Positions 11,290 through 22,900 of a stretch of 64,000 nucleotides of DNA are shown in pieces. The DNA comes from Azolla caroliniana. Lineage: Eukaryota; Plantae; Polypodiophyta. Position 1 is the first letter of the stretch; each line of letters begins with the position of its first letter. The stretch covers positions 2,852,001 to 2,916,000 of the forward strand of contig JBHGNT010000013.1 of NCBI GenBank assembly GCA_043228905.1. Direction: 5' to 3'. The translations under genes were made by a program, and so were the position numbers. The notes beneath the pieces are model-generated. The model was given only the letters and a program-made list of their open reading frames with translations, ran no database searches and was not told the DNA's origin.

Positions 11290-14200
11290 CATAACGCGTA
11301 CATCAAAGGATCAAGGTGCGGATGCCACAAGCTTTGGCCATCATCTGCTTGAAGTTGGAAGCTGACACCAGATGATCATATATAATGGCTTAGCCAAGTG
11401 GCCGGGCTTGGAAGCGCTCACATGTTTCCCACATGGAGGGGAAATCACAGTTGATTACCTAATAGGATGCCCTGAAGCTACCCACATGGTTAACTCCTTC
11501 CGGGTGGCCCCATGCCCCATTGGTGCAGACCATAGCTTCCTATACTTTGAGCTAAAATGCAACACCTCCCATGCCACCAACTCTAGTCAACCAAACCATC
11601 ACACCATAATACATTTCCCACATGAGCTCGCTGACATCTACTCTTGACATGTTCAAGCCCATCTCTCCTCTTTTGATTCTTCCTTGCCTTTAGAGAACCT
11701 CACTACAGAACTCGCACACACCCTTCACTCAACAGAAATTAGTAGCTTCCCATACACAAAACACTCCAATCATAGTAGAATAAGGTCTATGCCCTAGAAC
11801 AAGTGGTAGGACGAGGATTGTAAGTGTCGCGACTTAGTGGTACTATTTCCTCAATACAGGCTCGAAAAGAGATGTGCAAGATGACACGTCGTAAAAGACA
11901 AGCTTGGGAAGCATCCCAATATTGGGAACTCTACCATATGCTCATGAGTAGGGATTGTGCCCTTGCATGGAAGAGACTCCGGGAACCGCAACCACAAACA
12001 CCCATCGAGGATCCCAATATTTGGCAGACATATATTGAGAGACTCTACCATGTCCTGAACCAACCACCCATCCCAATGCCTTCCACACCCCCACCTAACA
12101 TGGGGACACTTTTCACGACCTCTAGGGTCATGAAGGTCATAAAAAAAATTACAACATAGGAAATCCATGGACCGCACAGGATTGCGAACCGAGCACATCA
12201 TATATGCTCAAGAGTGTCTAGGCCCCTTTCTCACTCTAATCTTGAACCGCGCCCTCGCTGAGGGTTTTCCACCACAATGGACCATGAACCCGGTGGTCCC
12301 TATACATAAAGGAGGGGACCCAATAGACCGAAATACATATAGGACCATTATGATAGGTCATACACTCGCTAAACTATATGGTGTGGTAATGGAAGCGGAA
12401 CTCAACGATTATATGGAAACATTATGTCTTCGAGCACCTCAGCAGGCTAGCTTTGGACAAGCCTTCTCCACTATTGACCATATCTTCACACTTAGGTGCT
12501 TAATTGACCATACGAAGGCTCGTAAGAAGAAACTATATTGTTGCTTTGTGGACTTCCACAAAGCCAAGTTTGACAAAGTTCCTAGAGAGAAGTTGTTTGA
12601 TATACTTAAGAGCTTGGAAATACCAAATGACATGATTTGGGCCATTTATGCCCTATATTAGCAAGTCTCTGGGTGCATAAGATACCCAGGTGGCCTATCT
12701 GATTGTTTCGCTAACACCATTGGTGTAAAACAGGGTTGCCCCCTATCACCGACTCTTTTTGGGATCTACATTGATGAGATCATTGATTCTATTGCTCGTA
12801 AGGAAGACAAGGGAGTAGCTATTGGGGATACGCAATTTAGTCTCTTACTCTACGCAGACGACATTGTCTGCTCTCGGAGTCAGAACACGACCTACAAAAT
12901 CATCTTAATGCCCTAGATGACTTTTGTACGCAACGAGGACTGGTAGTGAATCTAGCGAAAACTAAAGTCTTTATCTTTCATACATCGTCCCAAGTTAGGA
13001 GTAAATGTCACCTAATCCTCTCTCATAAACTAGTTGAGGTAGTTGGATCATATGTATACTTGGGAGTTACTTTTAGTGCTCGCTCAGGTAAATTGTCGAT
13101 GACCCAGGTAGCCAAAGATAGGCTAACGAGAGGGTATGCATCCCTCTCACTCTTAGAGAGACAATGCCACCAAGCATACTTTCAAGAGCCACGGACTAAG
13201 GCATGGCTCTTCGACTCATTAGTAACCCCTTCCCTCATGTGTGTATCAGTAGTATGGGCCCCATGTCTACCATCTTTCATGTGGACGCAATTAGAGAGAC
13301 CTCTGGTGATGATGTTCCGAAGCAAATCGACAGTACCACATGACATTATTAGAGCAAAGTTCAGTCTGCCCCCGATGTTAGTAGAAGCATTGTTTCAAGT
13401 GGTAGTTTTTATTCATCGGATACATAGCCAACCACAAGATAGGATATCATGTCGAGCCTTTGAGGCATCTCGATCCCTACATGCATCTGGAGACACTAGC
13501 TCTTGGTGTAGCACTGTGGTGGGTTGGTTACTTGCAAACGGCATATACATTAATAACCTACCCCCCCTTAAGTACAACCATGGTACTGACCAAACTCTAA
13601 TATCTCATGAAGACCGTAATAAAGTGATACACCAAGAAATGTGGCAAATTTACACTCGATATAAATGGATCACCCCACGAGAGTCAATCCCATCTAAAAT
13701 GTTGTACTATAAGGAACACTTCTTGCACTTGTCTTAGTTAAGTTTTATTACATGACCAAGATATCTAGATACATTCTTATCAAATGCACTAAGGGTGGCC
13801 ATTGGACAACTTAGGATATCATCTCACCAACTTGAGATTGAGAATGCCCGGGCTAATAGAGTCCCTAGGGAGGAAAGACTATGTAGGTTGTGCCACATAG
13901 AGATAGAGAATGACTATCACTTCACATGCAAGTGCCCAACTTATGCCGACATACAAGTGGAATACCAAGACATATTACGACCCTCTCCCACCCTCTCCAA
14001 ACTATTAGATACCCCGGATGTAAAGAGACTAGGTAGGTATATCCTAGAGCTAAAACAACATAGGGAGAATAAATTACAAAGTATTAACCATAACCCTTTT
14101 ACTATTCATCAACTTGTTACTAGTGTAATTTTTCAAGAACAAGGGGAGACGATGAATGTGGATACACTTACGCCGCTCGGCCTCTCTCTTGAGGAAGCTG

Positions 14201-14571
14201 AAACGCAACGAACAACAAAACGCCCTCGGATGTTAGGCTTCAAAACAAGTCGACACGGAGTAGAAAGGATTAAGAAGATAAGGGAACGTGAGCTACGTTG
14301 ACTAGAAACTATGGTTGGGGTACCTTTTACATTTGGTCCATGGACCACATCCACATCGATATCCTTTGACCTCCCGCTTCTCTTCGAGAGACTAGTATAA
14401 CATCATTTTCATTGTAGAACATGTTTGTTATTTTATTTTACTAGCACTATTTAGCTTAAAACTCTATTTTTATTTTTATGTTTTACTTTCGATGAATGGG
14501 TAAATATCCCATTTTTTGTTGTAAACCATTTGTCTCATGCGCCAATTTTGGCCTGAGAAGAGATTAATATA

Positions 14572-14636
<65 letters not shown>
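11290..14636 (+). mobile_element. Non-LTR retrotransposon D (RTE/RTE-X-like LINE), 5'-truncated and degenerate, with (CT)n tail
   Basis: End of APE endonuclease (TVDYLIG..ADH), RT (YRTIMI, FVDFHKA, GVKQGCPLSP, YADD), LRISSHQLEIE..CRLC..HF.CKC C-terminal domain. Left end approximate. Confidence 0.88.
14576..14636 (+). repeat. (CT)n microsatellite, 3' tail of LINE D
   Basis: About 30 CT units directly after the AT-rich 3' UTR. Confidence 0.9.
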
Positions 14637-14640
<4 letters not shown>

Positions 14641-16290
14641 GTATTAATGGAGGAAAGTCGCCTTAGAGGTAAAGGTTTATATTGTTGCTTTGTAGACTTC
14701 AAGAAAGCTTTTGATATGGTACCTCGTGAACATATTTGGAGGCGAATGGAAGAACTTGAGCTGCCAAATGAATATATGCTTACAATTTCCCCAATTTATG
14801 AGAAGGTTATATGTTGTGTGTGTATGAGAGATAGACTTTTAGATTTTTTCATTAGCACTATTGGTGTGAAGCAAGGATACCCACTCTCACCAATACTATT
14901 TGGTCTATGCATTGATGAATTGGAAGAAACAGTTACCAAGTTTGCAAAGGAAGAATGTGTCGAAGAAATTGCCAATGGGAATGTTGTGATTATGCTTTTT
15001 CTATATGCGGATGATGTACTGCTTTCTACAAATACTTTAGGAGATGCACAAAAGCTTATGAAGGCAATTGAAAAAAATTGCATGCATACTAAATTAAGTG
15101 TCAATAAAAACAAAGAGTATACTTGTGAAGAGCCAAAAAAGAGATAAACCGTGCATTATCTACAACAATGAGCCACTTTAATTTGTGGAAAGCTTCAAAT
15201 ATCTTGCCCTTGAAGTTCCTTCAAATCCTAGATGGAATGAATGTGCTACACGCTGCTTAAAGGTGGGTAAGCGAGCATATTATGCATTTGAGAACACATG
15301 CAATCTTGGAGATATTAAGTGTTGGGTCCTCAAGAAATATCTTTTTGACACTTTGGTGACCCCGGTTCTTCTCTATGGGGTGGAAGTATGGGGCGGTAGA
15401 ATTCCTAAATCTACGTGGAAAGAGTTTGAAAATGTCCAAAAACATTTTCGTACAAAGTTCCTACAAGTTAACTAACAAACGCCCTACACCCTCCTCCTCC
15501 TTGAGATGGGATCGCTTCCCATTGAGATCATGGCCATGGAAAGGGTTGTTGAATACATGCTTAAAGTTCAAAAAATCCCCTCACATCGTCTTCCTAGAAT
15601 TGCATGGGAAGCAAGCAAAAAGATCCAAAAGACGCATAAAAGCAAAATGTTGTGTTCCGGTTGGATGCAAGATTTAGAAAAATGGTTTGGTAGATGGGAT
15701 GCAAGACACTTGCTTCATGATGCGTCACTAGATTCCTCTGTAAATGAGGCCTTTTTGCAACGCCAATGTGTCATGACATGAGACAAATGTGGTGGCTCAC
15801 GCTTCACACATTATACTACAAATGTTGCACCTAACTACAAAACCATATTCTTCGCGGAATGGGGAAGCCGTACACATCGATACATGTTAGAGCCCATCCC
15901 CATATCTGCCATTTGAACCATTGCTTCCACGTGACTTAGCTAACACGCATTGAGATGTGAGATGGGGCGTTGGGGCACAAGTGATGAGAGTGACCAACTA
16001 TGCACACTTTGCCCTAAACAAGTTCGAGAGTCTGAGTATCACACTTTGATACAATGCTCTGCCTTTGATCATATTCGACCATGCTTTTCACATCTCTTCG
16101 ATCGACCCCAATCCTTGCATGAATTTCTCTCACAACCACGATGTGCACTCTTGATTGCAACATTCATTGGTAAAGTTCTTGAACATCGAGAGTCGCCACT
16201 CACCTTCACACGTATCACGTGAAATGTAATATTTTTGGTCTCATAGGTCATATTGACCTCCGAAGACGATAATATAATCTATCTATCTAT
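14637..16290 (+). mobile_element. Second RTE-like LINE E, 5' part missing, with (ATCT)n tail
   Basis: CCFVDFKKAFD, GVKQGYPLSP, LYADD, YGVEVWG, CTLC..H..C; ends ATCTATCTATCTAT near 16277-16290. Confidence 0.88.
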
Positions 16291-16546
16291 TCTCGGTGAA
16301 AACACACAATTATATTAATAAATGTGTGTAAAAAACACTACTTACAATAGGTGTGACAATTAACTACACTACATGAGTAGTGGAACATGTTGAATTGCCA
16401 ATAGGCAAGACGAACACTCCACCGACGAAAGAATTTCCACTTTCTCCAATAAAGAAAATTGCCATATTAGTACTCCCTTCAACTTTCGTAGATATGCTTT
16501 CACTCCATGCCTATCATGCATTTCAAAATGAAACCTATTAAAGGAG

Positions 16547-16872
16547 TATAAAGAATCGAATATAATTTTGTGCAGCGAAAGAGATGTGTGTTGTGTGTGT
16601 GTTTGTGGAAAGAGGAGAGGAGAGAAGAGAAACACAAGATAGCTCTCTTCATTAACTCACTACAACGCCCACTTTCTCTCTAGAACCTTAGGGAATATGA
16701 AGACTCATTAGTCATGGGGAATATGGAACTCATTAGTTATGTGTCATAGAATATGATTATATGAAACATAGTTAATGTGTAGAGAATAGTGGCGACTTTT
16801 GACCTTTGAGTGCTCATAGATTCTCAAATGGTGTGTTCAGACACTAGACTAGGTTAAGCTTGATTCTCGACA
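16547..16872 (-). repeat. 3' LTR of F with a ~150 bp internal deletion
   Basis: Matches 32112-32586 except for the gap near 16640. Confidence 0.9.
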
Positions 16873-16885
16873 TGCCCCCTCAAGC

Positions 16886-19800
16886 TCAACTCAGGTCGGT
16901 TCCTTTCTGTTGATGTCTGTGTCGGTTAGTATCCGGTTCAGATAATATCTGGTTCTCTCTTGTACTCCCTCTCAAGTTTGGCAAGTTAGGGATCGTAACT
17001 CCAAGGTCTGACATGAATTGCCAAAGCTTGTAGGTTCCTAGGGCTTTGGTGAAGATGTCGGTTGTCTGAAGATTCGTGTTGATGTGTTGAAGGTCGACAT
17101 CTCCAACCTGAACGCGCTCTCGGATGAAGTGATAATGCACATCAATATGCTTCTTGTGTGTGTAGAACACCGGGTTCTAAGCCAGGTAAATACTGCTCAT
17201 GTTGTCGCAGTAAAGGGGAGTCAGATCCTTGATGGGAACACCCAGATCCTTCAAAATACTCTTGAGCCATACGGCTTTACATGCAGCGACAACCATGCCC
17301 CTCTATTTAGGCTCTAGGCTTGAAAGTGCAACAGTTGGCTGCTTCTTTCTACTCGAGGATATTGCTCCGCTGCCGAGGGAGAAAACAAATCCGGAGGTCG
17401 ATCGTTGGTCGGCTCTGTAGCCGGCCCTATTGGCATCTGTGTACCCTTGGAGTCGAGTTGGCATTGTCGTCTTGTAGAGGATGCCATAATGCATTGTGCC
17501 ACTCATGTTTTGTAATACTCTCTTAGCGCAATCCAAGTGAATATTATGTGGTTTTTGCATGAGTTGGCTAAGGAGGACGACCAGGTAGTTAAGGTCAAAT
17601 CGAGTGATCGTTAGATAGATGAGGCTCCCGATCAGTTGTTGATATTGAATCGGCTCGCACTCTTCTGTGCTAGAGTCGGCATCCAGTTTGAGGTTTCGAT
17701 CGAGAGGGATTGCCATAGATTTGCACTCAGTCATCCCGAACTTGTATAACAAGTTGACGATGTAGTGCCGTTGGGAGAACATAATGTTGGTGGGAGTCCG
17801 AAATACCTCAATGCCAAGGAAGTAATGGAGCTCCTTCATGGCCGTCATCTCGAATTTGCCGGAGAGAACGGACTTGACCTTCTTGATGTCGAGTAGATTT
17901 TCACCTCCAATGACCAAATCATCCACGTATAGGATGATGACAATCAGACTTCCAGAATCACTTCTTATGTAGAGGGAGTTGTTGGATTTCGACATTCTAA
18001 AGCCGATTCGATGAAGATATTGTGTTATCTTCGAATGCCAAGCACATTGTGTTTGCTTAAGGTTGTAGAGTGGCTTCTGTAATTGACAAATTGCTTTCGG
18101 ATGGGTGCTCAATTCGAAACCATGTGGTTGTACCATGTACGCCTCCTCTTCTAATTCGCCTTGAAGAAAAGTGTTCTTGACATCCATTTGATGGAGGTGC
18201 CACCCTTTCGCCGCTCCAAGTGCAATCGGTCCACATAGTCTTCATCTTTGCCATCGGGCAAAGGACTCTTCATAGTCGACTTCGGGTGTTTGTGTGTATC
18301 CTGTCACTACGAGTCCGGCCTTGTAGCAGTTGACAGAACCGTCAACATTATACTTCACTTTGTAAATCCACCTCTAGCCGATTGCCTTTTTGTGTGGTGA
18401 GTGGGGAACAAGATCCCATGTCTTGTTCTTGCATAGTGCTCGCATCTCCTCATTCATTGCTTCGACCCATCGTGGATCATTGGCTGCGTCGGAAAACTTT
18501 TCCGGTTCTCGAACTGTTGCCACCTTCATCATAAAGGCATAGTGATATGCCATATAGTCATTGTAGCCGAATCGGCTAACTGGATTCTTCTCTCGGGTGG
18601 AGCGACGTCATTTCTTATTTGCCGATGTGAGTGCTTTCTTAACTCCGGGTGACCTCATAAGAGGCACATCAAAGCTACTGAACTCACTGTCGAGTGAATG
18701 AGTCGATTTGTTGTTGTTGATTTGATCGTCTTCATATTCAGGCAATTTGGCCTTGCCTTTGTCCATTTTCAAACTTGGCCGATATGTGCTCTGGTCACTC
18801 GGGGGTTCTTGTGACCCATAGAGCCTAGTCGTGATCAAAATTTCTTCGAACATATGCCTCAGTTGATCTTCGATTTCTATCTCTTGGTTGGCCAAGTTCG
18901 GGTCGACTGGAAATGATTCGGGAGGAGTAAGCTTCAATTTGTACCATGATGCCGATTCGTCAAAGACGACATACCGACTTAATCAAACCTTTTGAGAGAT
19001 GTGGTCTAGTTGCTCGGGGGCTCTTCTGGCCCACAGAGCTTGGTCGTGATCGGACTTTCTTCGAAAATATGGCTCAGTTGATCGTCGATTTCTATCTCTT
19101 GGTTGGCCAAGTTTGGGTCGACTAGAAATGATTTGGGAGGAGTCAGGTCCGGTTCGTACCATGATGTTGATTCGTGAAAGACGACATCCCGAATTACACA
19201 AAACATTCAAGTTGAGGGGTTGAAGCACTTGTAACCCTTTTGCTCCAGTGAGTACCCTACGAGGATGCACTTCTCCGACTTGGGATCTAGCTTTTACCGC
19301 TTTTCGTCGGGAATGTGCACATATGCAAGTGAGCCGAATATCCTTACATGGGATATATCCGGCTTCTTCCCATAGTACTTCTTGTGAGGGGAAAGTTTGT
19401 GCACTCCAGATGTTGTGCACCTGTTCATGAGGTAGATGGTAGTATTTGTTGCATCGGCCCAATATGACTTCGGCATGTGGTTCTCGTTTAGCATGGCCCG
19501 TGCTACTTCGAGGATGTGCCGATTTTTGCATTCGGCCACTTCGTTCTATTGTGGTGTATGTTGAAATGAAAATTCTCACCTAATTCCTTCTTGTCGAAGG
19601 TATGTCGTGAATGCATCGGAGAAGTATTCCTTGCCTCCATCTAATCGAAGACATCGTACATGATGACCGGTTGTCTTTTCAACTTCATTTTTGAATTTTT
19701 GGAAGTGTCCAAACACTTCGCTCTTTTGCCGCATGGGCTAGTTCCATGTGTTCTTGGAGAAGTCGTCAATAATGGTCACATAATATCAGTATCTGCCGAA

Positions 19801-19913
19801 TGTAGCTGTCTGAGCTAGTCCCCATGCATCGGAATGAATTACATCGAGTAGGCCTTTGCTCACGTTCCTCTCTTTTGGGAATGGGTGCCAATCTTGCTTG
19901 TCGAATTGGCAGG
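16886..19913 (-). pseudogene. F integrase, RT and RNase H (degenerate)
   Basis: AECKNRHILEVARAML, MDVKNTFLQG, LYVDD, TDIFTKAL. Confidence 0.9.
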
Positions 19914-22900
19914 TGTTGAGAGACAAGCTCAACATCGGCCGGATCGGCTGAAGAAGCCGAGGACCGGATCGGTTGGGACCGATCGGTTAGGCCGAGTGCG
20001 TAAACCGGGAGGTCGTTAGGAAAGATATTCCGTGAGGAATATATTTGGGAGTTAGTGTAGGAGCTCTTAATGAGCATTGAAGTACTGTCAGTACTTCAGT
20101 CAGTCCTTTTAGGACTTGAATAAAAGTGCTCACTAAGCACGTCTTATGTACAGACTGAGTATTATTGTTGAATATAGTTTTTTGTGTTTTCTCTCTCTGT
20201 CTCTCCCGCGTACACCGTGTAAGCCTAAGCTCTCCATTGAACCTGAGCTTCCTTCCTCTGTTCTGTCTTCATACCTACTTCCGCACGCTACTTTTTACAT
20301 GGTATCAAAGCGCGAGGGTTGAGAACCTCTCTGCAGCCGACACAGCTTGATGAAGAAGAACAAGAAGAACGATGCATAGAGGCATGGCGAGCTCGCTTCC
20401 AACAGAGAAGCTCCACAGAACCAACTACGCGTCTTGGTCCTACAAGATGCAGCAGTACCTGCTCGGGCACGGCTACTGGAGTTATGTCGAAGGAGCTAAT
20501 GACGCGGCACCCGAATCGACGCACAGAGACTTCCCGTCGTGGGAGCAATCGGTGAGCAGGGTACTATACTGCTTCGCATCGTGTGTGGGCGAACAGCTAT
20601 TGAGCTATGTTCGGGATGCAAAGACGTGGAAGGGTGCGTGGGAAAATCTGAAGAAGATTTTCGCCGCGAGCACCACAGCCAGGAAGCTTCAACTCCGACA
20701 GGAGTTAAGCAACCTACGACAACGCGACTTGTCGTTGGCGGACTATACCTCGAAGATCAAGGATATCTGCGACTCCCTCGCCTCCATAGAGGTGAACATC
20801 GAGGAGAGCGAGATGGTCCAGATCTGTCTCGGAGGTTTGGCGTCGAAGTTCGGAGCGTTCCGAACAGTTGTGTGTACCCGGGAGAATACGCCGTCCTTTT
20901 TCGACTTACAGTCGATGCTCCTGGTAGAGGAGAACCACGCGGGTGCATCTACAAGCACGCACACCGACAGCAGAATGTTGTACACGGAGGGATATAGGCC
21001 CCGTGGACGTGGAGGACGAAGCGAGTCGGCACGCAATGGAGGCGGCCGACGAGATCAAGGAAGAAGGCACTGAAATGATGCCGACAGCAACTCCGGACCC
21101 TCCGGAAACCGGGGGAGTCGAAGCGATGAGAACCGGCAAGGGAAGTTCATTGCGGAGTGCTGGTACTGTGGAAAGAAAGGCCACAGGGAAAGTGAGTGCT
21201 GGAAGAAGCGCGCCGATTCGGAGAGAACTGGTTCCGCAGCGATCACAATACGCTGAAGACTCCGGGACAGCCGGAGAAGGGTTTGTCTTCGTGACGAGAC
21301 ACGAAGCAAACTCAATGAAACAGAGCACCCCGAGATCGAACGAGGTGTGGTACGTAGACTCCGGCGTGTCAAACCACATGACGAGCCATAAGGAATGGTT
21401 CACGTTCCTTGAAAAACCGATACAACCTGGAGTAGTCGCAACAGGAGACGACACTTCGCATCCGATTGCGAATGTCGGAGAAGTTCCCCTTAGCCATGTC
21501 GGGTAGAAAGGGAAACTCAAGAACGTGTTGCACGTTCCGACAATCACGAAAAACTTGGTCTCGGTCGGACAGATCGTCGACCAAGGGATGGAGGTTCGGT
21601 TTACACACCTCGGGTGCTTCATTGAGGAAGAAGGCCATGTGATCGCGCAAGGGCGCAGAGACGGGAGGATGTTTATCCTCGATTCCACTGATGGTGGCAC
21701 CGCAATGTTCGCAAAGGGACAAAAAGCCGAGTCGGACATCGACTTGTGGCACAAGCGGATAGGCCACGTCAACTACCAGCGGCTTCAAGATCTGCAATCG
21801 AAACAGGTAGTGTTCGGATTGCCCAAGTTTAGTGGTCGAAAGGCACAAATTTGTGAAGCCTGCCAGCTCAGGAAGCAACACCGACTTCCCTTCCCCAACG
21901 AGCGAAACCGGAGCCGGAACAAGCTCGACCTTATACACTCGGATGTGTGGGGACCGACACAAAACATTAGTCTTGGCGGGAGCCGATACTTCGTCTCCTT
22001 CATCGACGACCACACGCGGCACACGTGGATCTACCTCATTGAGAGGAAGAGCGAAGTCTTCGACTGTTTCCGGGACCTCAAAGGGTTCGTGGAAATGGAA
22101 ACGGGACGAAAGATCAAGTGCCTGCGGTCGGATGGCGGGAAAGAGTACTTTTCCGGTCAATTCAACAGTTATCTACAACAAATGGGAATTCGGCGCGAAT
22201 TTAGTTGTAGATACACGCCAGAGCAGAACGGCGTGGCCGAGAGGAAGAATCGGTCAGTTGTGGAAGCGGCACGGGCAATGCTGGAGGAGAAGAGCTTGCC
22301 CAAGTTCTATTGGGCCGAGGCGGTGAGGACCACGGTATACATCCAGAACCGGATCGGAGACAAAGTGTCGGCGCACGAGCTATATTTCGGAACGAAGCCG
22401 AACTTGTGACACTTGAAGGTGTTCGGTAGCATTGTGTATGTGCATATACCGAAGGAGAGAAGGAGGAAGCTGGACGCAAAGGCCGAGAAATGCATCTTGA
22501 TCGGTTACTCGGACGAGCAGAAGGGTTATAAGTGCTATAACCCTCGCACCAAACAAGCGCGTGTCAGCCGCGACGTTGTGTTTGACGAGTCCGCGTCCTG
22601 GTACAAGCCCCCGACTCCGAACCCTGAGTCCAATACGTGTTCTGACGATGAGGTCAGCAAGGCCGAGATGCCTCCGGATGAGCCCAAAATCGAGACCCGC
22701 GAAGAGAGTCCGATTTCACTTCGGTTAAATGGATCGATTGGACGACTGAGTCGGTACGACCAGTCCGATGAAGAGCCGGCGAGTAGTGGAGACTCAGTCG
22801 TGCATTCCCCGCGCAGGAAGCCGAGGAGACAGCTTACGCGCAAAAAGAAAGGGAAGAAGAAGGTGTCGGATTCCGGCACGGAAAGGAACGAGTCAGACCG

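Noticed and set aside
19766-20077. Repeated ORF pairs (19766/24959, 25692/29916) as duplicated genes
   Set aside because: They are chance frames within paired LTRs.
21200-21260. Programmed gag/pol frameshift in G
   Set aside because: The related element B reads in frame through this region; it looks like a deletion.
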